From Bacteroidota bacterium (GTDB lineage: Bacteria; Bacteroidota; Bacteroidia; CAILMK01): 64,000 nt of DNA. The notes below the pieces were generated by a model. That model did not search any database. It was given only the letters and a program-made list of their open reading frames with translations, and was not told the origin of the DNA. Each line of letters starts with the position of its first letter. Position 1 is the first letter of the stretch. Below, one piece after another: positions 29,511 through 41,527 of the stretch. Where the stretch lies: NCBI GenBank assembly GCA_013288555.1, contig JABDBQ010000009.1, forward strand, positions 1,391-65,390. Reading direction: 5' to 3'. The translations under genes and the position numbers were made by a program.

Positions 29511-30848
29511 CTATTTGATCTTAAAATCATTCATGAAAGCCGTGGTGAATTTGCCTTCAATGTAATTTTTATCATTCATGATTTGTTGATGCAAAGGGAT
29601 CGTAGTGTGTACTCCTTCAATCACAAACTCATCCAGGCAACGACGCATTTTTACAATGGCTTCATCGCGGGTACGGGCACTTACAATAAGTTTGGCAATC
29701 ATAGAATCATAATTGGGCGGAATGGTATATCCCGCATAAATATGTGAATCTACCCTGACACCGTGACCTCCGGGTTTGTGCAGGTTTAATATCTTTCCAG
29801 GACTCGGCCTGAAATCATTATATGGATCTTCAGCATTGATGCGGCATTCGATAGCACATTTTTCAGGGAAATAATTTTTCCCGGAAATCGGAATACCAGC
29901 AGCAACCAGAATCTGTTCTTTGATCAGGTCATAGCTTATAACTTCCTCCGTAACAGGGTGTTCTACCTGGATACGGGTATTCATTTCCATGAAATAGAAA
30001 TTCCGGTGTTTGTCAACAAGGAATTCAACGGTCCCAACTCCTTCATAATTTACAGAAGCTCCGGCGGCAATGGCAGCAGCGCCCATTTTTTCCCTGAGTT
30101 CAGGGGTCATAAATGGTGACGGCGTTTCCTCGATAAGTTTCTGATGCCTGCGCTGAATGGAGCAATCACGTTCTGATAAATGACAAAGAGTACCAAACTG
30201 ATCACCAACTATTTGTATCTCAATGTGTCTTGGCTCTTCAATGTATTTTTCAACGTACATGGCATCGCTGCTAAAGGCGGCTCCAGCTTCCATTTTTGCG
30301 GATTCGAAAGCTTTTTCCAGTTCACCTTCTTCCCATACCACGCGCATACCACGACCACCACCACCTGCAGATGCTTTAATAATGATGGGATAGCCGACAT
30401 GTTTGGCAATTTTTTTCAATTCTTTTAAATCAGTAACCAGCCCATCAGAACCCGGTACTACAGGAACTCCCGCTTTTTTCATGGTATCCTTAGCATTGGC
30501 TTTGTCGCCCATGGCTATGATCATTTCTGGCTTGGGTCCTATAAACTTGATCCCATGCATGCCGCATATCTCCGAGAATTTTGCATTTTCAGACAAAAAT
30601 CCATACCCTGGGTGGATCGCATCAGCGGCAGTAATTTCTGCAGCGGCCATAATGCGTGAAATATTCAGGTACGATTGAGCACTTGGAGGGGGACCAATGC
30701 AAACTGCTTCGTCGGCAAAGCGTACATGCAGGCTGTCACGATCAGCGGTGCTGTATACAGCAACCGTTTTGATATCCATCTCCTTACAGGTGCGGATAAT
30801 GCGAAGCGCAATTTCGCCTCGGTTGGCAATCAATATCTTTTTAAACAT
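29511..30848 (-). CDS. accC: Acetyl-CoA carboxylase biotin carboxylase subunit
   Basis: Contains [21 protein letters not shown] and an ATP-grasp domain with [10 protein letters not shown]. 445 aa. Confidence 0.95.
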   Translation of the reverse strand: MFKKILIANRGEIALRIIRTCKEMDIKTVAVYSTADRDSLHVRFADEAVCIGPPPSAQSYLNISRIMAAAEITAADAIHPGYGFLSENAKFSEICGMHGIKFIGPKPEMIIAMGDKANAKDTMKKAGVPVVPGSDGLVTDLKELKKIAKHVGYPIIIKASAGGGGRGMRVVWEEGELEKAFESAKMEAGAAFSSDAMYVEKYIEEPRHIEIQIVGDQFGTLCHLSERDCSIQRRHQKLIEETPSPFMTPELREKMGAAAIAAGASVNYEGVGTVEFLVDKHRNFYFMEMNTRIQVEHPVTEEVISYDLIKEQILVAAGIPISGKNYFPEKCAIECRINAEDPYNDFRPSPGKILNLHKPGGHGVRVDSHIYAGYTIPPNYDSMIAKLIVSARTRDEAIVKMRRCLDEFVIEGVHTTIPLHQQIMNDKNYIEGKFTTAFMNDFKIK

Positions 30849-30868
30849 ATGTTTCTGTTGAATGAAAA

Positions 30869-31351
30869 CTATTCTACCAAAAATAATGGCTGATCGTACT
30901 CGACCGGGGTCATGTCATCAACAAGAACCTTGACAACGGTTCCTTCAACATCCGATTCTATTTCGTTAAATAATTTCATGGCTTCGATTACACAAACTAC
31001 CTGTCCTTTAGAAACATGATCCCCTACACTGATAAAGTCTGGTTTGTCAGGCGATGGTTTACGGTAGAATGTTCCAATCATAGGAGATTTTACTTCCTTT
31101 TGGTTTGCGGATTTAACCGGAGCAGCTGGCTCAGCAGCCTTAGTTTCGGAAGAGGTTGTTTGAGAAACTTGAACCGGTGGAGATTGTTGTGCAGGAATAT
31201 TAAATACTTGTGGCGCAGACGGCGCCTGTTGGTATACAACTCCTGTCCCTGTTTTTATAATGATCTTAAAATCATCCTGTTCTACCTCAACTTCACTCAC
31301 TCCTGCCTTTGCTACGAAGCGGATCAGTTCCTGAATTTGTTTTAGGTCCAT
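30869..31351 (-). CDS. accB: Biotin carboxyl carrier protein
   Basis: Has an Ala/Pro-rich linker and the [10 protein letters not shown] biotinyl-lysine motif. Confidence 0.9.
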   Translation of the reverse strand: MDLKQIQELIRFVAKAGVSEVEVEQDDFKIIIKTGTGVVYQQAPSAPQVFNIPAQQSPPVQVSQTTSSETKAAEPAAPVKSANQKEVKSPMIGTFYRKPSPDKPDFISVGDHVSKGQVVCVIEAMKLFNEIESDVEGTVVKVLVDDMTPVEYDQPLFLVE

Positions 31352-31356
31352 GTTAT

Positions 31357-31926
31357 TTATTTTTTTACGCGTTCGTAATATGCCCTGGTTCGGGTGTCAA
31401 TTTTAATCAAATCTCCGATATTAACAAAAAGTGGTACCATTATTTGTGCTCCAGTTTCCACTGTTGCTGGTTTGAGGGTATTTCCGCTGGCAGTATCTCC
31501 TTTCATCCCTGTTTCAGTATAAGTAACTTCAAGGTTTACGAAGGGAGGAAGGCTGCATACCAGAGGGTTTTCTGTTTCACCATGAAACATGATTTCCACT
31601 TCCTGGCCTTCTTTTAAAAAATCGTGCCCTTCTACCAACTCCTCAGGAATAGTTACCTGTTCAAAGGATTCAGTATTCATAAATACATAACCGAATTCCT
31701 CCTTATAAAGGTATTGGTGTGGCCTGGTTTCAATCCTTGCCGTATTTACTTTAACCCCTGAAGTAAAGGTATTGTCAATAACCTTTCCCGTTGTAAGGCT
31801 TTTCAATTTTGTCCGCACAAATGCGGGCCCTTTTCCAGGTTTTACATGCTGAAATTCAACGATTGTAAATAAGTCGTTGTTGAATTCAAGACACAAACCA
31901 TTTTTAAAATCTGCTGTCGTCGCCAT
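31357..31926 (-). CDS. efp: Elongation factor P
   Basis: Contains the [16 protein letters not shown] loop. 189 aa. Confidence 0.95.
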   Translation of the reverse strand: MATTADFKNGLCLEFNNDLFTIVEFQHVKPGKGPAFVRTKLKSLTTGKVIDNTFTSGVKVNTARIETRPHQYLYKEEFGYVFMNTESFEQVTIPEELVEGHDFLKEGQEVEIMFHGETENPLVCSLPPFVNLEVTYTETGMKGDTASGNTLKPATVETGAQIMVPLFVNIGDLIKIDTRTRAYYERVKK

Positions 31927-32163
31927 TATAATCTAATGTGTTAATATGCTAATATGTTAATGTATTCTTATTTTCCTGAGTCCTGACTCCTGTCACCTGA
32001 TTCCTCCAAAAAGAGGGCGCAAGTTAGCAAAAGTTTGACAGATGAGAAAAAATTGCCCTAAACGTGCTATAAAGGACGTATAGATTACAGGAAATAACTT
32101 ATCCTGGATTCATTTCAACATACTTAATGTTCTCAAAAGTAGAAGATTGAAAGACTATATAAA

Positions 32164-33291
32164 TTACAACCCTGGATCAAGTAAATGATAAGCTACCCGG
32201 ATTGCTTTAGGGCGATAAACATCAGGGTTCATACGGCCATTTATACATGTATTCACACATGTTCCATATCCGTTGATGCAATAGGTTATGAGCAACTCGT
32301 TTTTCCCATTGTCGAATTCAGGATGGGCATTAGCCAGGTAGAAAAAAGGATAATGTCCATCGAGTAGGTCATCAACCTGCCAAATAGAATGCTTGTTTTC
32401 AAAGGGGCCAAAAGGGTTATCGCTTGTTGTTATATAAATATTTTTCCCCTGGTCGCAGCCAAAACTGAATTCGGTAGAAATCATGATGTATTTCTGTTTG
32501 ACCCGACAAACATAGAATGAGGCTGTAAAATCATTGTAAATGCTTTGTGCGTTCATAGCATTATTAGTCCAACCATGTGAAGAATAATACTGCCAATCGT
32601 TTTTTACTGCATTTATTGGAAACCTTGCTACAAATACATCGTTGCCGATCCCATTTTTCTTTGTGCCATAAACATAACAAAAACCTGATGCAGTGTCCTT
32701 AATAACAGATTTGCTAAAATCAATGCCATTTCTTGATGGTCTTATAAAATAGGATACGATACCGGGATTTGCAATAGGCATGCATGCCACATAATTTGTA
32801 TCAACCCTTGCAAATGAGCTACCACTTGATGTAATTCGCTCAAGCATGACGTAAATGGTATCATTGTTAGCAAAACCGGCTCCCGGCCAGAACCAGAAAT
32901 TATTAGAAGTGCCATAACTGAATAATGGTCCCGGACTACCAATTCCGCTATAAGTCTTTTGATTTACGGGGTTTTGAATATCCCACGTTACGCCACAGTT
33001 GTGAACATTAAAAATGCAAGGTACTGTTTGGGTTACAGGATCATAACTGTCTATATAGCTGTCACCAAAAACCAAGAAAGATTTTCCATTTCCCATAGGG
33101 ATTGAAAAAGCCCCATCTCCAGCAACAAATCCTGTTTTTGTCCTGAAATAATTTGTAAAAATCGTGTCTTTGGTCCCTGGAGTATAAGGGCCGATGATTT
33201 GGGGGTCTTTCTGGCAAGAAGACCAGGGCATACATAGTACCGTAAAGAGGAAGCATCCTAATGTAAATCGTATTCCTGGGGCCATTGTCAT
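32164..33291 (-). CDS. Hypothetical lipoprotein (possibly a DUF4185-like beta-propeller)
   Basis: The signal sequence ends in SSC (lipobox-like). LVFGDSYID and FWFWPGAGF motifs resemble DUF4185-type proteins, but that assignment is weak. Confidence 0.5.
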   Translation of the reverse strand: MTMAPGIRFTLGCFLFTVLCMPWSSCQKDPQIIGPYTPGTKDTIFTNYFRTKTGFVAGDGAFSIPMGNGKSFLVFGDSYIDSYDPVTQTVPCIFNVHNCGVTWDIQNPVNQKTYSGIGSPGPLFSYGTSNNFWFWPGAGFANNDTIYVMLERITSSGSSFARVDTNYVACMPIANPGIVSYFIRPSRNGIDFSKSVIKDTASGFCYVYGTKKNGIGNDVFVARFPINAVKNDWQYYSSHGWTNNAMNAQSIYNDFTASFYVCRVKQKYIMISTEFSFGCDQGKNIYITTSDNPFGPFENKHSIWQVDDLLDGHYPFFYLANAHPEFDNGKNELLITYCINGYGTCVNTCINGRMNPDVYRPKAIRVAYHLLDPGL

Positions 33292-33636
33292 TTCATCGCC
33301 CTTTTAGGGAATAGGCAACAAGACAAAGATATCGCTCTCAAACCCAAATTCCCAAAATGACAGACAAGATTTATTTTTATTTGTAAAATGTTATGAATCA
33401 AAATGATAAAATAGAAACCAACTGTTTTCAAGACCCGATCATTGCAATGATTATACTGTTTTGACGTAACTTGCACCGGAATTGGAGTATTAAGAGGTTA
33501 ATTTAACAAAAATCATAATACAGGATAATAATTGTCATAAAATGTAAGGAGAGCATTCTGTTATTTTGAAAAGATTACAGATGTGCTTTCGAAAAATGAT
33601 ATAGTATCCTGATATAAAATAAGATAGATATACAAA

Positions 33637-34392
33637 ATGTGGATTATTATTTTCTTTGTCGTACACTGGTATGTATCGTTGTTTTCTCAAACATTTCTTA
33701 TGCACCGATATGCGGCACATGCAGCTTTTAAAATGTCTAAAGGATGGGAACGTTTTTTTTACGTTTTTGCATGGATCACCATGGGTTCCTCTTATCTAAG
33801 TACGCGTGCCTATGCCACAATGCACCGTATGCATCATGCGTTTGCTGATACCCCAAAAGACCCGCATTCACCATTGTATTTTAACAGCATTTTTGCCATG
33901 ATGTGGCAGACTGCCAAAACATATACGGCAATATATGAAGGCAGATATGTTATTGAAGAACGGTTTATGAAAAATGTACCAGACTGGCCCGCATTCGACC
34001 GTTTTGCAAGCTCTATGTATACCCGTGTGGCCTGGGTTGCTGTTTATCTGGCTATTTATATAAAATTCGCTACCCATTGGTGGTTATTCCTTTTATTGCC
34101 TTTTACCATTCTTATTGGCCCCGTTCATGGTGCAGTTATCAACTGGTACGCCCACAAGTTCGGATACAAAAGTTTCAAAGTTGGCAATACATCTACAAAC
34201 CTGTTGCCGGTTGATATTATCATGCTTGGAGAATCTTATCATAATAACCATCATAAATACGCTTCGAACATTAACTTCGGAGCCAGGTGGTTTGAAATAG
34301 ACCCTGTCTACTATGCCATTCGTTTTCTGGCCTTTCTTGGAATTGTGAAACTTAAAACCAATCACAAAGAAAAGGTTGCGACGGAGTTCTAG
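33637..34392 (+). CDS. Acyl-CoA (delta-9-type) fatty acid desaturase
   Basis: Contains three histidine boxes: HRYAAH, HRMHH and HNNHH. Confidence 0.85.
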   Translation: MWIIIFFVVHWYVSLFSQTFLMHRYAAHAAFKMSKGWERFFYVFAWITMGSSYLSTRAYATMHRMHHAFADTPKDPHSPLYFNSIFAMMWQTAKTYTAIYEGRYVIEERFMKNVPDWPAFDRFASSMYTRVAWVAVYLAIYIKFATHWWLFLLLPFTILIGPVHGAVINWYAHKFGYKSFKVGNTSTNLLPVDIIMLGESYHNNHHKYASNINFGARWFEIDPVYYAIRFLAFLGIVKLKTNHKEKVATEF

Positions 34393-34510
34393 GGATATTT
34401 CCTATGAAGTCTGAGTATTCATTTTTCGGGGCTTTATAGTCAACGCGTATTAACTTTGCTTTTTTATTGTTAATTACACATTTTATTTAGTTCATTTTCA
34501 AATTATTCGA

Positions 34511-34518
34511 TATTTTTG
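34511..34518 (+). promoter_or_regulatory. Candidate -7 box (TATTTTTG)
   Basis: Matches TAnnTTTG 27 nt upstream of the ATG at 34545. Confidence 0.3.
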
Positions 34519-34544
34519 TTTGGAGAATAATTAAATCTGTAATT

Positions 34545-35807
34545 ATGAAAATAAGATTTTTCCTGTTATTACCAATAGTATTAATTGTTTCCAATATTTT
34601 AACCCTCAAGGGACAATGGCTGGACGCCACTTCAAATAATGATCCATATACAGCAAATGATATCGGTTTTTTTCAATCCAAAACAGGGGTTTCATTTAAT
34701 ATAAATTCACAAGGAGGAGCTGATTACAGGCATACTAGTGATGGTGGACAGACATGGGCCCCATTAGCGATAAACAATATCAGCCGGTTGTCAGTGATTA
34801 GTCCTGTGAACACAACGACAGGATTTGCCGGAGGACGACAGCTTGCTATAACTACCAATGGCGGACTAACTTGGGACAGTGTTTCCAAAATTTCTTTTGT
34901 AGGATTGAGCAGAGCTCAGGTTCTATTCCAAACACTCGTATTCCCGACTACCACAGTTGGTTTTGCCACCCTGGCTGGCAATGGGAATGTGATTTATAAA
35001 ACGACGGATGGAGGCAAATCCTGGACTACTGCGAATAGAGCATCCGGCACTATAAGTAGTCTTTACGCTTACGATTCTAAAAATGTCTATGCTATAATTG
35101 GTGATACTGCCATAAGTTATACCAACAACGGTGGAGGAGGTACTACCTGGAATACGATTTCGTTTTCGGCTTTTAACTTTACAAAGGTTTACAGCGTTTT
35201 ATTTATTAATGCCAATGAAATCTATATCACAGGAGCATCCGGCAATCTTTTTCATACTACCAATGCCGGAACGACATGGAAAGATATTCAAATGGATACT
35301 GCCGTAGATTTGTTCGGTATTCAGTTTTTTAACGGAAAAGATGCCATTATTTCAGGTGGAGCAGAAGTGACTTTTGCAACAACGGACAGCGGAAAAACCT
35401 GGTATCACCGATATAAACATGATCCGAAAAGTTCTTTTGTTTTTGATTTGAAAAAAACATATTATTTTGATCAGAATAGTGGAGCGGCATTAGGCAAAAC
35501 CGGAACCGAAAATGCGCTGTTATATGATACACTGGTACATGCCGGGATCAATAATGCTAAAGGCATTTTCATTCATCTGGATATCTATCCAAATCCATCT
35601 GCCGGCATTGTCAATATCAATACAGGACCAATGGAAGGCAGTGGTCTTTTGACAATATTTAATATTTCAGGAAAGATGTTAGTCAGGCAAAATATAGAAG
35701 GGAATTCAAAAAAGACATTATCTTTAGGCGGTTATGGGAAAGGTGTTTATATTATTGAAATCGCAACTGCAAATAATGTTGGTCATCGACAGGTGATTAT
35801 TGAATAA
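34545..35807 (+). CDS. BNR/Asp-box repeat (Ycf48/sortilin-like propeller) protein with a type-A T9SS CTD
   Basis: Repeated S/TxDGGxTW boxes (TSDGGQTW, TTNGGLTW, TTDGGKSW, TTNAGTTW, TTDSGKTW). The C-terminal end reads LDIYPNPSAGIVNINT...GVYIIEI. Confidence 0.75.
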   Translation: MKIRFFLLLPIVLIVSNILTLKGQWLDATSNNDPYTANDIGFFQSKTGVSFNINSQGGADYRHTSDGGQTWAPLAINNISRLSVISPVNTTTGFAGGRQLAITTNGGLTWDSVSKISFVGLSRAQVLFQTLVFPTTTVGFATLAGNGNVIYKTTDGGKSWTTANRASGTISSLYAYDSKNVYAIIGDTAISYTNNGGGGTTWNTISFSAFNFTKVYSVLFINANEIYITGASGNLFHTTNAGTTWKDIQMDTAVDLFGIQFFNGKDAIISGGAEVTFATTDSGKTWYHRYKHDPKSSFVFDLKKTYYFDQNSGAALGKTGTENALLYDTLVHAGINNAKGIFIHLDIYPNPSAGIVNINTGPMEGSGLLTIFNISGKMLVRQNIEGNSKKTLSLGGYGKGVYIIEIATANNVGHRQVIIE

Positions 35808-36035
35808 AAACAGGAATTGAGTCATAATAATATTGATAAATCAATTTTACTGGTATTAAATTCTGTTCATCTGAAAAGCCCTGTCAGCCTTTTTCCCTAA
35901 CTTTCGGCGTTTTTCCGGATGCTGGCCGCTTGATACATTAATCATTGAAATCATTCTTCAATCCTTTTCTGATTTGGTGACTATAATTCGTGAAAAACCG
36001 GCAACATAAAACATAACAAAAACTTAAAGATTACC

Positions 36036-37817
36036 ATGAATTACAATATGACCGATCCACATTCTTTCGCCAATTCAAATGATGTAGTTGTAAAGGATCT
36101 TGATCTTGACATTAGTGTTGATTTTAAAACCAAAACCATCAGCGGTAAAGCCAGCTATAAGATTGAGAATAAAACAGAAACTGATGTAATTATCCTTGAC
36201 ACAAGGGATATGGATATCGAAAAAGTTACGGAAGGTATGGATGAAACAGTTTCAGTTTTTGAAATGGGACCGGAAATACCTTTTCTTGGCAAATCGCTTA
36301 AAATCAGGATATCACCGGTTGCCAAATACATCCATATTTATTATAAAACCCGTCCTGAAGCTTCGGCTTTGCAGTGGCTGGAGCCAACCCAAACCGCAGG
36401 TGGGGTTCATCCATTTCTTTTCACACAGAGTGAAGCCATCCTTGCCCGGACCTGGGTCCCTTGCCAGGACAGTCCTGGTATAAGATTTACCTATTCAGCC
36501 ACGGTACAGGTTCCTGTAGAATTGATGGCAGTAATGAGTGCTTCAAACCCCGTAGAAAAATCTGAAGACGGTATATATCATTTTCATATGGATGAAGCCA
36601 TCCCGTCTTATTTGATGGCATTGAGTGTTGGTGATATTGAATTTAAGGCCTTAGAATCAAGGACTGGTGTGTATGCAGAACCGGTGACTCTTGCCAAAGC
36701 TGCCTATGAATTTGCAGACATGGAAAAGATGCTCGATGCGGCCGAAGCACTCTATGGCCCGTACAGATGGGAGCAATATGACGTGATTGTGCTTCCTCCA
36801 AGTTTCCCTTTTGGTGGTATGGAAAATCCGAGGCTAACATTTGCAACACCAACCATATTATCAGGTGACCGTTCCCTGGTAAGTCTTATAGCACATGAGC
36901 TTGCGCATTCATGGAGCGGAAATTTGGTAACCAATGCGACATGGAATGATTTCTGGTTGAATGAAGGTTTTACGGTCTATTTTGAGAGAAGGATTATGGA
37001 GGCTCTCGAAGGTAGAGACTATGCGGACATGCTGGAGGTACTGGGCTACCAGGATCTGAAGCGAAATGTAAAGGAAATCGGAGAGACCAGCGATGATACA
37101 AAACTGAAACTCCATCTTGAAGATCGTGACCCGGATGATGGCATGACCCAGATTGCATACGAAAAAGGATTTTCATTCCTGAGACTGGTTGAGGAAAATG
37201 TTGGCAGACCAAGGTTTGATATTTTTGTAAAACAATACTTTAATAAGTTTGCTTTCCAGAGCATGACCACGGAAAAGTTCCTGGATTATTTTGAAGAAGA
37301 CTTAATCAGGCACGATGAAAAACTCGAAAAGGCAATTGATATCCACGCCTGGGTATATGAACCCGGGATTCCATCGAATTGCCTGGTTATCAAATCAGCA
37401 AGATTCGAAAAAGTAAACGCTAGTCTGGCTTCATGGATAGAAGGAGTACCTGCCAAAGATCTCAATACTAAAAAATGGAGTTCACATGAGTGGCTGCAAT
37501 TTATTCGTCACCTTCCGGTAGAGATGACTCTTGATCAGATGTCAGAACTCGATGCGGCTTTTGGATTTACAGATAGTGGCAACTGCGAAATTCTTGCGGC
37601 CTGGTTTGAACATGTTATCAAACACCAATATATTCATGGCTATGCAAGTCTTGAGAAATTTATGGTTAGTGTCGGTAGGCGTAAATTCATAGTGCCGCTT
37701 TATAAGTTGTTGGTCTTGAACCCTGAAGGCAAAAAAATGGCCCAGGATATCTACAAAAAAGCAAGGCCAAATTATCATACCGTTGCAACGAGTACCATTG
37801 ATGAGATTGTGAAATAG
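36036..37817 (+). CDS. M1 family aminopeptidase (leukotriene A4 hydrolase-like)
   Basis: Contains GGMENP, HELAHSWSGN and WLNEGFTVY (HEXXH + E zinc site). Confidence 0.9.
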   Translation: MNYNMTDPHSFANSNDVVVKDLDLDISVDFKTKTISGKASYKIENKTETDVIILDTRDMDIEKVTEGMDETVSVFEMGPEIPFLGKSLKIRISPVAKYIHIYYKTRPEASALQWLEPTQTAGGVHPFLFTQSEAILARTWVPCQDSPGIRFTYSATVQVPVELMAVMSASNPVEKSEDGIYHFHMDEAIPSYLMALSVGDIEFKALESRTGVYAEPVTLAKAAYEFADMEKMLDAAEALYGPYRWEQYDVIVLPPSFPFGGMENPRLTFATPTILSGDRSLVSLIAHELAHSWSGNLVTNATWNDFWLNEGFTVYFERRIMEALEGRDYADMLEVLGYQDLKRNVKEIGETSDDTKLKLHLEDRDPDDGMTQIAYEKGFSFLRLVEENVGRPRFDIFVKQYFNKFAFQSMTTEKFLDYFEEDLIRHDEKLEKAIDIHAWVYEPGIPSNCLVIKSARFEKVNASLASWIEGVPAKDLNTKKWSSHEWLQFIRHLPVEMTLDQMSELDAAFGFTDSGNCEILAAWFEHVIKHQYIHGYASLEKFMVSVGRRKFIVPLYKLLVLNPEGKKMAQDIYKKARPNYHTVATSTIDEIVK

Positions 37818-37937
37818 GGGACAGGAGTAAGGCGTAAGGGATAAGGCTTAAATGGAATTTGAATTGTGGCAAGCAAAGTGACAATTGCGAGCAGACTATG
37901 ATTTTTTATAACTTGCTACAAATTTTATCTTAAAACA

Positions 37938-40900
37938 ATGTCAAAATCACGCTTTGCTTTTGCAGCATTCATACTGTTTGCAGTAATTCAGATATCATCC
38001 AAAACTGATCCATCTCCAAATTTGTATTTCGCTTCTGAACCTTCATTGTCTCCCGATGGAAGTACAATAGTTTTTGTGTATGAAAATGATCTTTGGACTG
38101 TCCCATCCGATGGTGGAAACGCATCAAGGATCACTGGAATGACAGGAAGGGAAAGCAATCCGCATTATTCTCCTGATGGCAAATGGATTGCATTTACAGG
38201 TCGTCAGGATGGGAATGCCAATATATATGTAATGTCTACCGATGGAGGAGATATCAGGCAACTTACCTGGCATGAAGGTACCTCATCAGTAGAAAGCTGG
38301 AGCTGGGATAGCCAGTTTATTTATTTTACTTCAGATGCTAACAACGGCATGAGTTCTTATAAAATAGCTTTAAGCGGCGGGACACCGATCAGGCTTTTTC
38401 CGCACTATTTCAACTGGCCGCATAACCTGGTAGAAAATCCGAAATCCGGCGACTGGTATTTTACCGATTCATGGGAAAGTTCAAGATTTGCAAGCCGCAA
38501 GCATTATAAAGGTGAGTTTAATCCCGATATCAAGAGCTGGGACCCTAAAACCGGTGATTATAAAGTTCATACCAGTTATATCGGGAAAGACATGTGGCCA
38601 ACATTTGATAAAAACGGGGATCTGTATTATGTAAGTGACCAGGAAAATGATGAGTATAACCTTTATAGCCTGAGTGATGATAAACCGAAGGCTCTTACAC
38701 ATTTTAAAACATCCATAAAACAACCACAAATAGATGCATCCGGGGATAAAATTGTTTTTGAAAAAGATTACCAGATTTTCCTCTATAATGTTGCAACAGG
38801 CAAAAGCAATGCGGTACCCATCCGTCTTCCGGCTAACAATACGCTGGACCTTGCCAAGAGTTTCAATGTCAAAGGCAATATCACCTATTTTGATCTGAGT
38901 CCGGACGAAAAGAAACTGGCTTTTGTCAGTCGCGGCGAACTTTTTGTAAGCGATGTGGAGGGAAAATATATAAAACAGTTGAATCTGGAAGGAAATGGGA
39001 GAGCGATCGAAGTAAAATGGCTGGCTGACAGCAAATCACTGGTTTACAGCAAGACCATGAACGGCTGGCCAAATCTGTTCAGGATCAGTGCGGATGGAAA
39101 CGGGAAAGAAGAACAGCTTACCAATGAAAGCAGATCCGACAGGTCGTTGGCTTTAAATAAGAAAAGAACTTTCGGGGTATATCTTAGCGGTAGTGATCAA
39201 CTTCGGAAAATGGACCTGGGAAGTGGAAAGAGTGAGACCATTGTTACGGATGAATTCTGGGCTATTGAGAATACCACACCAACGATATCGCCAGATGATC
39301 AATATGTTGCATATACAGCCAAAAGAAATTTTGAAGATGATATTTTCCTGTTTCATTTTGCGGATAACAATATACAGAACCTTACCAATACAGGGGTAAG
39401 TGAAACGGAGCCCAGGTGGTCACCTGATGGGAAATACATATATTTCAATGCAGACAGAACACATCCTGCTTACCCGTATGGATTAAATAATTCTAAAATT
39501 TACAGGATTGCGCTTGATAATTATGATAAGGAATTTAAGGCCGATAAATTCAATAAATTATTTGCCAAAGATGATAAGCCAGACTCTCTGAATGCCACAC
39601 CATACCCCGTAAAAACCAATGATATGGGCGATATCTGGGAAGAACTTACGACCAATGAAGGGCTACATGAGATAGGACTTGTAACCCGGAAAAAAGAGGA
39701 GACCAGGGCATTTTTCAGTTCCCGGACTGATGGTAAGGCCAACTTACTTTCTTATTGGTCATACAAGCCATTCGCGAAACCCGAAATTAAAAAAATAGAA
39801 GGTTTGGAAGCTTCCGAGCCTGAAATGGTAGAAGGGAAATCGAAGTTGCTCGTGCTCACTTCCGGAACTATTTATGATATCGATGCAGATGGATGCAAAG
39901 CAAAACAAATTGAAATCAGTTTTGAGTTTAACAGGAACCTGAATAAGGAATTCAATGAAATGTTTGAAGAAACCTGGGCCAATCTGGATGAGAATTATTA
40001 TGATAAAGATTTTCATGGGGTAGATTGGGATAAAATGCGGACACGCTATGAGACTTTTTTACCCTATGTTCATACACGCGCCAACCTCAGAATATTGATT
40101 AATGATATGCTTGGGGAGCTGAATTCAAGTCATCTTGGGTTCTATTCAAGCGGAAGTGAGGAAGGAACATTTTATGGTATGAAGACTTTTGAAACGGGTG
40201 TTGTTTTTGATGACAATGATCCTTATAAAGTTGCTTCCATTGTCACTAATTCACCTGCAGATAAAAAAGATAAAGATATCAAGCCTGGGGATGTGTTATA
40301 TGCTGTAGATGATAATATCGTGGATGTTACTAAGAACAGGGATTCTTATTTTTCCAGACCAAATTTTCCGGAAGAAACCGAACTCAGTTTCAAAAGAGGG
40401 ACAGATATTTTCAAAGTTAAAATTCATCCAGAAAGCCCGGGAGAATTTAAGACACAATTATATGATGCCTGGATTGCCTGCAATCAAAAGCAAGTAGATG
40501 ATAAAACGGGGAAACGGGTCGCCTACATTATGATGAAAGATATGGGGGGCGAATCGCTGCATAAATTTGAAATTGAGATTGCCAATGAAGCATACAACCG
40601 TGATGGCCTTATCCTTGATCTTCGCTACAATGTGGGTGGAAATGTGCATGATGAAGTACTCGATATGCTGAGCCGGAGACCTTATCTGCAATGGAAATAC
40701 CGGGATGGCAAAATAACTTCTCAACCAAATTTCTTCCCGGATGGCAAACCCATTATTCTCCTTGTGAACGAACAGACGCTCAGCGATGCAGAAATGACAT
40801 CAGCTGGGTTCCAGGCATTGAAACTGGGCAAGATTGTCGGGGCGCCAACTTATCATTGGATCATCTTTACTTCAGCCAAAACCATGGTCGATGGTAGTGT

Positions 40901-41069
40901 TTGCCGGCTTCCATCCTGGGGCTGCTACAAACTTAATGGGGATGATATAGAAAAGACGGGCGTGATTCCTGAAATTATAGTGAGAAATAATATTAAAGAC
41001 CGGACCGAAGGCAAAGACCCTCAGTTGGATAAAGCGATTGAGGAGATCATGGGGGAGGTTGGGAAATAG
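37938..41069 (+). CDS. Tricorn-like S41 peptidase (TolB-like propellers + PDZ + S41 domain)
   Basis: Has a signal peptide, repeated SPDG..IAF/DLW motifs, and a C-terminal region with a PDZ-like segment and an S41-like LILDLRYNVGG motif. 1043 aa. Confidence 0.8.
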   Translation: MSKSRFAFAAFILFAVIQISSKTDPSPNLYFASEPSLSPDGSTIVFVYENDLWTVPSDGGNASRITGMTGRESNPHYSPDGKWIAFTGRQDGNANIYVMSTDGGDIRQLTWHEGTSSVESWSWDSQFIYFTSDANNGMSSYKIALSGGTPIRLFPHYFNWPHNLVENPKSGDWYFTDSWESSRFASRKHYKGEFNPDIKSWDPKTGDYKVHTSYIGKDMWPTFDKNGDLYYVSDQENDEYNLYSLSDDKPKALTHFKTSIKQPQIDASGDKIVFEKDYQIFLYNVATGKSNAVPIRLPANNTLDLAKSFNVKGNITYFDLSPDEKKLAFVSRGELFVSDVEGKYIKQLNLEGNGRAIEVKWLADSKSLVYSKTMNGWPNLFRISADGNGKEEQLTNESRSDRSLALNKKRTFGVYLSGSDQLRKMDLGSGKSETIVTDEFWAIENTTPTISPDDQYVAYTAKRNFEDDIFLFHFADNNIQNLTNTGVSETEPRWSPDGKYIYFNADRTHPAYPYGLNNSKIYRIALDNYDKEFKADKFNKLFAKDDKPDSLNATPYPVKTNDMGDIWEELTTNEGLHEIGLVTRKKEETRAFFSSRTDGKANLLSYWSYKPFAKPEIKKIEGLEASEPEMVEGKSKLLVLTSGTIYDIDADGCKAKQIEISFEFNRNLNKEFNEMFEETWANLDENYYDKDFHGVDWDKMRTRYETFLPYVHTRANLRILINDMLGELNSSHLGFYSSGSEEGTFYGMKTFETGVVFDDNDPYKVASIVTNSPADKKDKDIKPGDVLYAVDDNIVDVTKNRDSYFSRPNFPEETELSFKRGTDIFKVKIHPESPGEFKTQLYDAWIACNQKQVDDKTGKRVAYIMMKDMGGESLHKFEIEIANEAYNRDGLILDLRYNVGGNVHDEVLDMLSRRPYLQWKYRDGKITSQPNFFPDGKPIILLVNEQTLSDAEMTSAGFQALKLGKIVGAPTYHWIIFTSAKTMVDGSVCRLPSWGCYKLNGDDIEKTGVIPEIIVRNNIKDRTEGKDPQLDKAIEEIMGEVGK

Positions 41070-41101
41070 TCATCAGTCGACAGTCAACAGTAAGGAGTTA
41101 G
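41068..41101 (+). repeat. Family B word-repeat arm (left) directly after the tricorn-like gene stop
   Basis: AGTCATCAGTCGACAGTCAACAGTAAGGAGTTAG matches the reverse complement of 41647-41680 at roughly 28 of 33 positions by eye. Confidence 0.6.
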
Positions 41102-41106
41102 AAATT

Positions 41107-41499
41107 ATGAGCGTAATCGAAACTATAGATAAAATTATAACTTTCCCTTTAGATTATCATAAACAGAATAAATCCCCGAATACGCTAATAAAAGAAAGTG
41201 GTTATTTAGAAAATTATGACAAGATAAATGAAGATGTTATTTATGAAAACCTTATATTAAATCCTGGCGCCATTAATGATTGGATTCAATTTATGTGGGA
41301 TAAACCTACTGGTTCCGGGTGGGCCTTAGATAAAAAAAATGAAGAATACATTGTTTGTTACTTTGTATCTGAGCCTTCATATAAGGAATTAGAAAAAAGA
41401 GCATTCGATGATATTGCCAAAGCCTACGCTGCTTATGTTAAAGGTGAATTAGAATGGATTAGGGGCATATATATTTCAACTTCTTCTCAATCAACTTGA
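41107..41499 (+). CDS. Hypothetical 130-aa protein enclosed by family B inverted arms
   Basis: The ATG at 41107 is preceded by TAAGGAG. No recognisable family. The track ORF start at 41038 overlaps the upstream gene and is unlikely. Confidence 0.5.
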   Translation: MSVIETIDKIITFPLDYHKQNKSPNTLIKESGYLENYDKINEDVIYENLILNPGAINDWIQFMWDKPTGSGWALDKKNEEYIVCYFVSEPSYKELEKRAFDDIAKAYAAYVKGELEWIRGIYISTSSQST

Positions 41500-41527
41500 T
41501 TAAAAAATCATATATATTATTACTGTT